Source: an uncultured Coriobacteriia bacterium
GTDB lineage: Bacteria > Actinomycetota > Coriobacteriia > Coriobacteriales > QAMH01
Assembly: GCA_948466335.1 (NCBI GenBank)
Contig: CAOKAE010000006.1
Coordinates: 11,171-75,170, forward strand
Direction: 5' to 3'
DNA: 64,000 nt
The translations under genes and the position numbers were made by a program. This document shows, in pieces, positions 56,626 to 64,000 of the stretch. Within the stretch, counting starts at the first letter, position 1. Each line of letters begins with the position of its first letter. The notes under the pieces were generated by a model that saw only the letters and a list, made by a program, of their open reading frames with translations, was not told the origin of the DNA and searched no databases.

Positions 56626-56791
56626 GTGACACGCATCCGATTGCAAGCTAGCTCTCGCATCCAATTTGCGATATGCGAGACGCCGCGAAAGAACTCGCGT
56701 GCAAAACCCGCACGCTCAAACACCTTTCGCTAAACCCGCATCTCCCATATCGCGAATCTGCTCGAGATGCTTGCAATCGGATGCGTGTCAC
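56626..56791. repeat. 166-bp element bounded by perfect 23-bp inverted repeats
   Basis: GTGACACGCATCCGATTGCAAGC (56626-56648) is the exact reverse complement of 56769-56791. The interior carries further hairpins: TCTCGCAT..ATGCGAGA and GCGTGC-aaaaccc-GCACGC. Confidence 0.85.
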
Positions 56792-56803
56792 CCGCTCTCG
56801 TTA

Positions 56804-58321
56804 TTAGCGGAAGCTCGCGGACTGCGCCGACGCCGAATCCTTGAGCAGGACGTCATGGGCGCCGCCTTCGACGATCGACACGCTCGACACGCGCGTGATC
56901 TTGGCCCTCTCGCGCAGTTCGGGCAAGTCGAGCGCACCGACGTTGCACATGGTGTGCTTGACCTTGGAAAGCGACAGGGTCACGTTGTCGTGCAACGAGC
57001 CGGCATAGGGCACGTAGCTGTCGACGCCCTCCTCGAAGGCGAGCTTGCCGCCCTCGCCGTCGTCGTAGCGCTGCCAGTTGCGGGCGCGAGCCGAGCCCTC
57101 GCCCCAGTATTCCTTCATGTAGTTGCCGTTCACGCTCACGCGCTTGGTCGGGCTCTCATCGAAGCGGGCGAAGTAGCGACCGAGCATCATGAAGTCGGAA
57201 CCCATGGCAAGCGCCAGGGTCATGTGATAGTCCTGCACGATGCCGCCATCGGAGCAGATGGGGATGTAGATGCCCGTCTCGGCGAAGTACTGGTCACGCG
57301 CCTTGGCGACCTCGATGACGGCCGTGGCCTGACCGCGGCCGATGCCCTTCTGCTCGCGGGTGATGCAGATGGAGCCGCCGCCGATGCCGATCTTGATGAA
57401 GTCGGCACCCGCCTCGGCCAAAAAGCGGAAGCCCTCGGCGTCGACGACGTTGCCAGCACCGACCTTGACCTCGTCGCCATACTGCTTGCGCACCCACTCC
57501 AGGGTGAAGCGCTGCCAGTCCGAATAGCCTTCGGACGAGTCGATGCACAAAACATCGGCGCCTGCGTCGAGGAGCATGGGAACGCGCGTCTCGTAGTCGC
57601 GGCTGTTAATGCCGGCACCCACGACGTAGCGCTTCTGGCTGTCGAGCAGCTCGAGGGGATTGGCCTTGTGCGAATCGTAGTCCTTGCGGAAGACGAGCGA
57701 GGCGAGATGGCCGTCCTTGGTGACGATGGGAAGCGTGTTGAGCTTGTGATCCCAGATGATGTCGTTGGCCTGCGAGAGCGTGATGCCGTCATCGCCGGTG
57801 ACGAGGCGGTCGCGCGGCGTCATGAAATCGGCGACCTTGGTGGACGGATCCATGCGGCTGGGACGGTAGTCGCGGCTCGTCACGATGCCGAGCAGCACGC
57901 CGGTCGAGGAGCCGTCCTCGGTGACGGGCATGGTGGAGTGGCCCGTCTTGTGCTTGAGGTCCATGACCTCCTTCATGGTCATGTCGGGCGTGACGTTGGT
58001 GTCGCTGGGCACGAAGCCGGCCTTGTAGGACTTGACCTCACGGATCATCTCGGCCTCGGCCTCGGCCGACTGCGAACCGTAGATGAACGAGCAGCCGCCC
58101 TCGCGGGCAAGCGCCTCGGCCATGCGCGGACCGGAGACGGACTGCATGATGGCGGACACCATGGGGATGTTGAGGGAAAGCGGGCACTCCTCGCCGCGCT
58201 TGTACTTGACGAGGGGGGTGCGCAAGCTGACGTCTGACGGGATGTTCTTCGCCGTCGTGTATCCGGGAACCAGCAGATACTCGCTAAAGGTATGAGATGG
58301 TTCGTCATAGTAAAACGCCAT
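56804..58321 (-). CDS. guaB: IMP dehydrogenase
   Basis: 505 aa with a CBS pair. The catalytic loop [20 protein letters not shown] and [16 protein letters not shown] fit IMPDH. Confidence 0.9.
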   Translation of the reverse strand: MAFYYDEPSHTFSEYLLVPGYTTAKNIPSDVSLRTPLVKYKRGEECPLSLNIPMVSAIMQSVSGPRMAEALAREGGCSFIYGSQSAEAEAEMIREVKSYKAGFVPSDTNVTPDMTMKEVMDLKHKTGHSTMPVTEDGSSTGVLLGIVTSRDYRPSRMDPSTKVADFMTPRDRLVTGDDGITLSQANDIIWDHKLNTLPIVTKDGHLASLVFRKDYDSHKANPLELLDSQKRYVVGAGINSRDYETRVPMLLDAGADVLCIDSSEGYSDWQRFTLEWVRKQYGDEVKVGAGNVVDAEGFRFLAEAGADFIKIGIGGGSICITREQKGIGRGQATAVIEVAKARDQYFAETGIYIPICSDGGIVQDYHMTLALAMGSDFMMLGRYFARFDESPTKRVSVNGNYMKEYWGEGSARARNWQRYDDGEGGKLAFEEGVDSYVPYAGSLHDNVTLSLSKVKHTMCNVGALDLPELRERAKITRVSSVSIVEGGAHDVLLKDSASAQSASFR

Positions 58322-58459
58322 GCCTGGGGCCTCCTCTATCGCTCGATGGTTTCCCAGCAGTGTACTACACGAGCGATGCCCACGGCACCTCTATTTCCTG
58401 TGGTCGCGCAAAGGAATCGTTAGCGGGAATGCGGATAATCGCGCTCGGGCATGACCATG

Positions 58460-58575
58460 CCGCCCAGGCAAGCCGCCTCGCCTTGACGGTCGCTCCCCGA
58501 CAGCCCGCTTCGCGGTCTTTACGGCTCGCTCCCTTAACCTCGGCTCGACGGCCTGCCCGATGCCGGGTTACTTAA
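58460..58575. repeat. structured intergenic repeat, copy B (inverted relative to copy A)
   Basis: The reverse complement reads AAGTAACCCGGCATCGGGCAGGCCGTCGAGCCGAGGTTAAGGGAGCGA...GGGGAGCGACCGTCAAGGCGAGGCGGCTTGCCTGGGCGG. It aligns with 6018-6092 apart from a ~34-nt internal insertion. Confidence 0.7.
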
Positions 58576-58674
58576 TGGTGCGCCCATCGTCACATTCTCA
58601 AGATGCTCCGCCCACTCGCCGCTTTCCCATTCTGCAGCCATGCTCTCCAAATCATCGTCAGACAGAACGGTGCC

Positions 58675-59667
58675 CTACTGCAATTCCCACTTCCCCCTGC
58701 GATCAGAGCCAACGTGTTCGACAAATCCACCTTCGCGAAGCTCGCGAAGGATGCGTTGAACCTGACGGCTCGATAGTCCCATGACTTGCGCGAGCGAAGC
58801 AGCAGTGCTCGCCGGTTGATGACACAGGATGCCGAGCGTTTCCTCTCCTCGCTTGATGTCGTAAGGGTAGAACCCCTCATCGCTTGTATCTTGAAGCAAG
58901 AAAGCGATACGTCTCTCAAGCTCCTCACACAGACAATCCAGAAAGAGGCTCACGAACATCGACGCCTCCCCATCCACTTGCCATGTCTCGAGAGCATGTT
59001 TGTACTCAGCGCCGTGGTCGACCTTGATGCTGATGGATGGATATGCGCTTTCGCGCAGCTGTACATTCATCCAGAGGCGACCCGTCCTGCCGTTTCCATC
59101 GGCAAAGGGATGAATGTTCTCGAGCGCTGCATGAAACCAGGGAATAAGAAGGACGGGATGCTGTTCCTTTTGCAATTCTCCATAACGGTAGAAGAGGGTC
59201 GCAATCTCGTCGCGAATCTTGAGTGGATCGACCGGGACGGTACGCGATGCCCTGATGACTGCAGGTGCACTGCGATACATCCCGCGTGCGCTAGGCTGCA
59301 AGTCAAGCGCGCAGCGCTCGTGAAGGTCGCGTAGCTGCGATTCGCCCAGCTGGGCGCCGTTCATAATGAGCTCATCGATGTATGCGGCTCCCTCGAAGAT
59401 ACCGCGCGCGGCAACCTGTTCACGTCCTGGTTTTCCGGCGACAAACTCGCCCTCGTATATGACTTCGGTATCTGCAAGCGTGAGCGTGGAGCCCTCGATA
59501 GCGTTGGAGTTATACGCCATGCGCACGAGAAAGTCCTCGTCGTAGTTTTGCTGAGCAAGACGCATCGCATCATTCTTGGGGTACAGACAGCGCCACTGCC
59601 GCGCGAGAGCATCAAGCTCGGAGAGCTGATCGTCATAGATATGAGTATCGCGCACGGGCTCTAACAT
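58675..59667 (-). CDS. Fic-family protein (class II, N-terminal inhibitory motif) with C-terminal winged-HTH
   Basis: Fic motif HPFADGNGRTGRLW. Inhibitory-helix motif SNAIEG (SxxxEG) lies upstream of it. The C-terminal LAQVMGLSSRQVQRILRELREGGFVEHVG resembles a wHTH. Confidence 0.88.
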   Translation of the reverse strand: MLEPVRDTHIYDDQLSELDALARQWRCLYPKNDAMRLAQQNYDEDFLVRMAYNSNAIEGSTLTLADTEVIYEGEFVAGKPGREQVAARGIFEGAAYIDELIMNGAQLGESQLRDLHERCALDLQPSARGMYRSAPAVIRASRTVPVDPLKIRDEIATLFYRYGELQKEQHPVLLIPWFHAALENIHPFADGNGRTGRLWMNVQLRESAYPSISIKVDHGAEYKHALETWQVDGEASMFVSLFLDCLCEELERRIAFLLQDTSDEGFYPYDIKRGEETLGILCHQPASTAASLAQVMGLSSRQVQRILRELREGGFVEHVGSDRRGKWELQ

Positions 59668-59680
59668 GATGAATCAACCC

Positions 59681-59716
59681 ATAATGTCGTAGTAATTTAA
59701 TTTACTACGACATTAT
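59681..59716. promoter_or_regulatory. perfect 15-bp inverted repeat (candidate operator) overlapping the fic -10
   Basis: ATAATGTCGTAGTAA-TTTAAT-TTACTACGACATTAT. The minus-strand TATAAT (59712-59717) overlaps one arm. The repeat ends 14 nt upstream of the fic ATG. Confidence 0.6.
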
Positions 59717-59762
59717 ATCATTGAGACCTACATCGACAGCATCGTCACTTCCAAATTACCTC

Positions 59763-59790
59763 TTGCACCCGCATTTCGTATTGGTATAAT
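59763..59790 (+). promoter_or_regulatory. promoter of tRNA-Ala
   Basis: TTGCAC - 16 nt - TATAAT, ~27 nt upstream of the tRNA 5' end. Confidence 0.6.
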
Positions 59791-59817
59791 TGCCCTCGCG
59801 TCTTTTCGACGACCCAC

Positions 59818-59893
59818 GGGGATATAGCTCAGCTGGGAGAGCGCATGACTGGCAGTCATGAGGTCAGGGGTTCGAACCCCCTTATCTCCACCA
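59818..59893 (+). tRNA. tRNA-Ala (anticodon GGC)
   Basis: Folded by hand into a 76-nt cloverleaf. Acceptor GGGGATA/TATCTCC with the G3:U70 Ala identity pair. D arm GCTC/GAGC. Anticodon stem CATGA/TCATG with loop CTGGCAG. T arm AGGGG-TTCGAAC-CCCCT. Encoded CCA. Confidence 0.95.
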
Positions 59894-59901
59894 AAACCAT
59901 C

Positions 59902-59927
59902 AGGGGCCACTCGGCCCCTTTTTGTTT
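59902..59927 (+). terminator. intrinsic terminator after tRNA-Ala
   Basis: AGGGGCC-ACTC-GGCCCCT followed by TTTTGTTT. Confidence 0.8.
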
Positions 59928-59941
59928 GCTCTGTTTACAGC

Positions 59942-60652
59942 CTATTGGGTGGTGATTCCGCCGAGCACGAGCTCGCGCACGAACTCCTCGAGCGACGAGT
60001 ACGACAAATTCGGCTTGCATGCCACGAGCGTTTCGGCGGGAAACATCCCCCAAAGCGCGGCGACGCTTGTGCATCCGGCAGCATTGGCCGCCTGCATATC
60101 GAAGGGGCTATCGCCTATGTAGACGCACTCCTCTGGCGAGCAGTCGAGCAATTCGCATGCATGGAGAATAGGGCCGGGCTTGGGTTTGGAGTCGGGCCAG
60201 TCGTCAGCGCCTATCAAGATATCGAAGAAACTTGCGATACCGGTCTTCTCGAGACCGCGTTCGGCGAGCCAATGGCGCTTCGAGGTGACGACGCCCATGC
60301 GATAACCTGCATCTGCGAGCTTCTCGAGTGCTTCTCTCGTACCAGGAAAGGCGCCCACCCTCTCGTCATGGATAGCATCGTTGTAGGCGCGGTATATGGT
60401 CACAAGCTCTTCGGCGCGGACAGTATCGCCGTTCGTGAAGTCGAGCATTTGGTCATATAAGGGTGTGCCCACTCCCGCCATCAGCTCTTCGTCAGTGTGA
60501 TTCTTCCCCTCTACCTCATTGATGGTGTAGCGCATCGACACGAGGATCATCTCATAGGTGTCGAGCAGCGTTCCGTCGAGGTCGAACAGTATGGTGCGTA
60601 TTGCGCTCAAAATGGCTCTTTCTAACCGCTGACAAGTTCTAGTCAGAATCAT
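59942..60652 (-). CDS. HAD-superfamily hydrolase (phosphoglycolate phosphatase/PpaX-like)
   Basis: ILFDLDGTLLDT (motif I), VTSK (motif II), GDSPFDMQAANAAG (motif IV). The start may be TTG 60610 (RBS GAAAGAG) rather than ATG 60652. Confidence 0.85.
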   Translation of the reverse strand: MILTRTCQRLERAILSAIRTILFDLDGTLLDTYEMILVSMRYTINEVEGKNHTDEELMAGVGTPLYDQMLDFTNGDTVRAEELVTIYRAYNDAIHDERVGAFPGTREALEKLADAGYRMGVVTSKRHWLAERGLEKTGIASFFDILIGADDWPDSKPKPGPILHACELLDCSPEECVYIGDSPFDMQAANAAGCTSVAALWGMFPAETLVACKPNLSYSSLEEFVRELVLGGITTQ

Positions 60653-60810
60653 GCCACTTTTACGCCCTCAGAAATGGCATACGTGCCAAAAATCAGAACG
60701 AACTTCTCTAGCGTTCTTTATTTATGTTCCTTATTTATCAAAGCGTGGATGGCGCCTCGAACCGGAATCTAAGGAAGCGCGTATAATTCACGCCATCGAA
60801 GGAGCACTCT

Positions 60811-61584
60811 ATGACCCGATTCGTCGACATGCACATGCACGCGGGCTTCGCGCCCGACCCTGCTGCTCTTGCAGCCGAGCTTGCCAGCGCCGGCATCGCC
60901 TCCTTCGCCAACACCGTGACCCCGCAGGAGTACGCCCACCTCTCCCCCACGCTCACAAGCGCGCCGAACATGCGACTCGGCCTCGGTCTGCACCCGTGGT
61001 GGATTGGCACGCCCGAACTCGGCAGCCTCGATGACGCCCTTGCTGCCTTCGAGCGCGAGTTTGGCACCACGGGCTTCGTCGGCGAGGTGGGCCTCGACTT
61101 CTGGCCGAGCCGCGCATCCACGAAAGATGAGCAGCTTGAAGTGTTCACATCCATCGCACAGCTGTGCGCGGCGAAGGGCAATGTACTCGTATCGTTGCAT
61201 TCCGTGAAGGCCGAGCACGAGCTGCTCGACATACTCGAAGCATCCAATTGCCTCGAGCACTGCACCTGCATCCTGCATTCCTATGGCGGTCCGTCGGACC
61301 AGCTCGCCCGTGCCGTCGAGGACGGCTGCCTCTTTTCTATCGGGAGGCGCATGCTCTCGTCCAAGCGCGGGCGCGAGTACGCGCGCATTCTGCTCGATGA
61401 CCGCTTGCTCATCGAAAGCGACCTGCCCGCATCGCAGGGAGCGTCCCTGAGCGCCGAAGAGCTCGCCGCCGAGCTCGCCTGGGTCATCGATGAGCTCGCG
61501 CGCATACGCGGCGTTGGGGCCGAAAGCCTACGCGAGGCAATCAACGCGCGCAGCAAGGCGCTTCTAGGCCTCCAGACAGCTTAG
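60811..61584 (+). CDS. TatD-family metal-dependent hydrolase
   Basis: FVDMHMHAGF, GEVGLDFW, SLHSV, LHSYGG, ESDLP. A TATAAT box lies ~25 nt upstream. Confidence 0.8.
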   Translation: MTRFVDMHMHAGFAPDPAALAAELASAGIASFANTVTPQEYAHLSPTLTSAPNMRLGLGLHPWWIGTPELGSLDDALAAFEREFGTTGFVGEVGLDFWPSRASTKDEQLEVFTSIAQLCAAKGNVLVSLHSVKAEHELLDILEASNCLEHCTCILHSYGGPSDQLARAVEDGCLFSIGRRMLSSKRGREYARILLDDRLLIESDLPASQGASLSAEELAAELAWVIDELARIRGVGAESLREAINARSKALLGLQTA

Positions 61585-62502
61585 GTCGACCGTCATATCC
61601 CGTGTCGGGATCTTGCTCGCATCGAAGATGCCGGCGAGCTCCCGTGCGCTCATGGGCTCGGCTTCCTCGGCCTGCCCGGCAAGCTGCGCGAGATAGCCGA
61701 TGACAGTCTCGGGTGTGATGCCGCGCTCGCGCATCGAGGCAATGGTGCTGTCGCCATCGCGCTTGGACAGGCGCCTGCCATCGGCGGCAAGCAAGAGCGG
61801 ATGATGCGCGAATTCGGGTATGGACGCGTCAAGCAGCTCGTAGAGCAGGATCTGGCGCGGCGTCGAGGAGAGCAGGTCGCTTCCGCGCACCACCTGCGTG
61901 ACGCCGCTGGCAATGTCGTCGACCACGCACACGAGCTGGTAGGCGAACACCCCGTCGCTGCGGCGCAGGACGAAGTCACCGCATTCACGGGCGAGGTTCT
62001 GCTCGTAGGGCCCCTGTATCGCGTCGACGAAGCCTATCGTCTCGTCGGACACATGCAAGCGCAGCGCATGGCGTTGCCCGGCGGCGCGAGTCTCACGCTC
62101 GTCCGCATCCATGGAATAGCAGGTCCCGGCGTAGAGCGGCGTGCCGTCCGAGGCATGGGGAGCCGAGGCGGCGTGCAGGTCGGCACGGGAGCAGAAGCAC
62201 GGGTAGATCTCGGCGCGGCTCGCGATGCGCTCAAGCGCCTCCTCGTAGGCAGGCACCCGATTGGCTTGCACGACGGGTTCCCCGTCCCAATCGATACCGA
62301 GCCAGCTCAGGTCATCGAGCAGGCCCTTCGCATAGACGGGATTCTGACAGCGCTCGTCGAGGTCTTCGAGGCGCAGCACGAAACTGCCGCCAGCCGAGCG
62401 TGCAAACGCCCAGGCGAGCAGCGCGGAAAAGGCGTTGCCCAGGTGCATGTAGCCGCTGGGACTCGGGGCAATGCGACCTCTGACCTGCGTATCCGCTTTC
62501 AT
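61564..62502 (-). CDS. gluQ: tRNA glutamyl-Q(34) synthetase (GluQRS)
   Basis: RIAPSPSGYMHLGNAFSALLAW...VLRLEDLD. A truncated GluRS catalytic core of ~312 aa with no anticodon-binding domain. ATG at 62502. 21-nt convergent overlap with tatD. Confidence 0.85.
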   Translation of the reverse strand: MKADTQVRGRIAPSPSGYMHLGNAFSALLAWAFARSAGGSFVLRLEDLDERCQNPVYAKGLLDDLSWLGIDWDGEPVVQANRVPAYEEALERIASRAEIYPCFCSRADLHAASAPHASDGTPLYAGTCYSMDADERETRAAGQRHALRLHVSDETIGFVDAIQGPYEQNLARECGDFVLRRSDGVFAYQLVCVVDDIASGVTQVVRGSDLLSSTPRQILLYELLDASIPEFAHHPLLLAADGRRLSKRDGDSTIASMRERGITPETVIGYLAQLAGQAEEAEPMSARELAGIFDASKIPTRDMTVDLSCLEA

Positions 62503-62510
62503 GTACGCCC

Positions 62511-63572
62511 CTACTCGACGTAGGTCGAGCTCACGTTGTACGGCAGACCCGCAGGCATGGGCTCGATCACGATGTCCGATTCGGATGCGAGGCCATGCAG
62601 CCATTCGTTGAAGAGCTGGTCGGCCTTGACCTCAGTGGCGTCCGCGACGATCTGCTCGTAGATCTCGGGAGGAATGGTGCGGAGCACGACGGACTCGCCA
62701 CCGGCGCCGACGTTGAAGGACGCGTCGCAGTAGATGAGCATCCAGACACCGTCCACGAAGACGGGTTCGGAAACGGTATCGACCTCGAGCGAACCCACGG
62801 CCTGCTGGTACTCGGTGCCCATGGCGTCGCGGTTCGCCGGCAGCGAGTTCCATCCGGCGTGCACGGCGTCACCCAATCGCTCGAATTCGCCGAGCGTGAC
62901 GCGCTCGCCTGACGCCGCGAGACGGTCGCGCGCGGACTGGGCGTCTTGCTGGGAGGAAAACTGGATGTAGTACGAGTCCTTGCCGTTGTACATGGACGCG
63001 GACTCGTTTGCCTGGGCCTGGATCTCTGCCTCGGTGGGCGCGACGGCGTCGATGACCATGTTGCGCAGCTGCTCCTCGAGCAGGCGGTTGAGTTCGTTCT
63101 CGCGCCAGGACTCCTCGTCATAGCCATAGGAAGCAAGCACGCTGTCCCAGGAGTTCTCGCCGTAGCGCTGCTCGTAATACGCCTTCTCCTGGCTGATGAC
63201 CTCGTCCAGATCGGTATCGCCGATCTGGATGCCGAGCTTGGCGCACTCCTGGCGGATGAGTTCCTGCGGAATGAAGACGGTGTCGAGGACGTAGGTGCGC
63301 AGGGACTCCGAGGTGTAGCCATTGGACTTGAGGAACTCGGCCCAGCCGGAATCGGTCTCGTACTGCGCGTTCTTGCTGCGGAAGCTCTCGATGAACTCGG
63401 TAACGTCGTCTTCCTTGATGGAAGCGCCGTTGACATGGGCAGCGACCTGGGGCGGCTGCGTCATGCCAAAGCAGCCCGCAAGCGCGAACAGCGAGACCAG
63501 GGCAAGCGAGAACGCAACGAGCGCGAGGAAGGGCGAAGCCGGTATGGAACGACCCCCCGTCACGCCACGCAT
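62511..63572 (-). CDS. lipoprotein with SurA-N/PrsA-like chaperone domain
   Basis: Signal peptide with lipobox FALAGC, then a helical SurA-N-like region (VNGASIKEDDVTEFIES...). I could not see a parvulin PPIase signature. The start could be GTG 63563 (GTGA overlap). Confidence 0.65.
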   Translation of the reverse strand: MRGVTGGRSIPASPFLALVAFSLALVSLFALAGCFGMTQPPQVAAHVNGASIKEDDVTEFIESFRSKNAQYETDSGWAEFLKSNGYTSESLRTYVLDTVFIPQELIRQECAKLGIQIGDTDLDEVISQEKAYYEQRYGENSWDSVLASYGYDEESWRENELNRLLEEQLRNMVIDAVAPTEAEIQAQANESASMYNGKDSYYIQFSSQQDAQSARDRLAASGERVTLGEFERLGDAVHAGWNSLPANRDAMGTEYQQAVGSLEVDTVSEPVFVDGVWMLIYCDASFNVGAGGESVVLRTIPPEIYEQIVADATEVKADQLFNEWLHGLASESDIVIEPMPAGLPYNVSSTYVE

Positions 63573-64000
63573 CCGCGGCCCGCGTCGAAGGCGGTCAGGT
63601 TGGCGTCCACGGTCCGGGGCGGCACGCGCTTCGCGATGACCTCACGCCAGGTGTCTGCCGCAAACGGCAGCGCCGTGGAAAGCGCGCCCATGAGCACGAC
63701 GTTGGTCGACTTGGGGCTGCCTGCCTCGCGTGCGATGCGACCGGCGGGGACCTTCACGGCATCAAGCTGGGCGAGCGCGCCGTCGATGTCCGTCGGCATG
63801 CTGCCGGTGCCAATGGCGACGCTCACCGGTTCGATGACCTCGTCGTTGACGAAGAGGCGACCGCCATCGGTGGCGAGGAACTGGCGTGCGCGCAGCGCCT
63901 CGATGGCCTCGAAGCTCACGATGACGTCAGCGCAGCCCTCGTCGCAGATCATGGAGGCCACGTCGCGACCGAAGCGCACCACCGTGGAAACGGAGCCACC
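63560..64000 (-). CDS. indolepyruvate/2-oxoacid:ferredoxin oxidoreductase beta (gamma-domain) subunit; N-terminus beyond window
   Basis: VRFG..V.S..I..G.ADV.VSFE..EALR...FL and VVLMGALS fit the IorB / POR-gamma pattern. The reading frame stays open to position 64000. Confidence 0.6.
   Translation of the reverse strand, partial: GGSVSTVVRFGRDVASMICDEGCADVIVSFEAIEALRARQFLATDGGRLFVNDEVIEPVSVAIGTGSMPTDIDGALAQLDAVKVPAGRIAREAGSPKSTNVVLMGALSTALPFAADTWREVIAKRVPPRTVDANLTAFDAGRGCVA

Noticed and set aside
58297-58928. Small ORFs (92, 74 and 112 aa) around the fic 3' end, considered as a possible antitoxin or partner gene.
   Set aside because: They overlap fic or the repeat element, lack an RBS, and are Arg/Pro/Ser-rich. 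The class II Fic carries its own inhibitory motif, so no separate antitoxin is required.
59668-59942. Integrase, att-site duplication or other mobile-element hallmarks next to tRNA-Ala.
   Set aside because: No recombinase ORF and no repeat of the tRNA 3' end is visible within the window. The fic insertion is therefore reported only as compositionally atypical, not as a defined mobile element.

Overview
High-GC Gram-positive chromosomal segment. About 57 protein genes and one tRNA-Ala(GGC) are tightly packed. I saw no rRNA, CRISPR array, transposase, integrase or phage genes. The backbone has the conserved actinobacterial order: M16 peptidase-dapB-dapA-rnj-ftsK-...-pgsA-cinA-recA-recX-...-miaB-miaA-dapF-hflX-lexA-nrdR. 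It also carries Firmicute-type features: RNase Y, SpoVS and GAAC-N4-GTTC SOS boxes. Together these suggest class Coriobacteriia; this is an inference from gene content and is not verified. Positions 9.7-26.2 kb form one long plus-strand housekeeping block: uppP, PAP2, chorismate mutase/DAHP synthase, pcrA, ppaC, mscS, argS, lysA, hom, gatCAB, then a radical-SAM/flavoprotein pair. Most of the window is ordinary core genome.

Regions worth a second look:
1. 0-6.1 kb: a minus-strand cassette encoding a cytoplasmic pyrogallol-hydroxytransferase-like molybdoenzyme (alpha and FeS beta subunits), a soluble GAF-LuxR sensor, a zinc-ribbon protein and a Zn-ADH. It is the best candidate for an uncharacterised (poly)phenol/catechol-transforming system.
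2. 30.0-30.5 kb: a small protein divergent from lexA under three SOS boxes, in the position held by the division inhibitors ChiZ/DivS.
3. 35.7-41.5 kb: a Firmicute-like rny-GHKL ATPase-pgm-spoVS-PHP block inserted between recX and miaB.
4. 58.3-59.9 kb: a lower-GC class II Fic-wHTH gene with a perfect 15-bp palindromic operator, next to tRNA-Ala.
5. Non-coding elements: a dispersed structured intergenic repeat (6.0 kb and 58.5 kb), a 166-bp element bounded by perfect 23-bp inverted repeats (56.6-56.8 kb), and structured leaders with terminator-like hairpins upstream of a Na+/solute symporter and of rny.

All functional calls come from reading motifs in the supplied translations. No database search was run.
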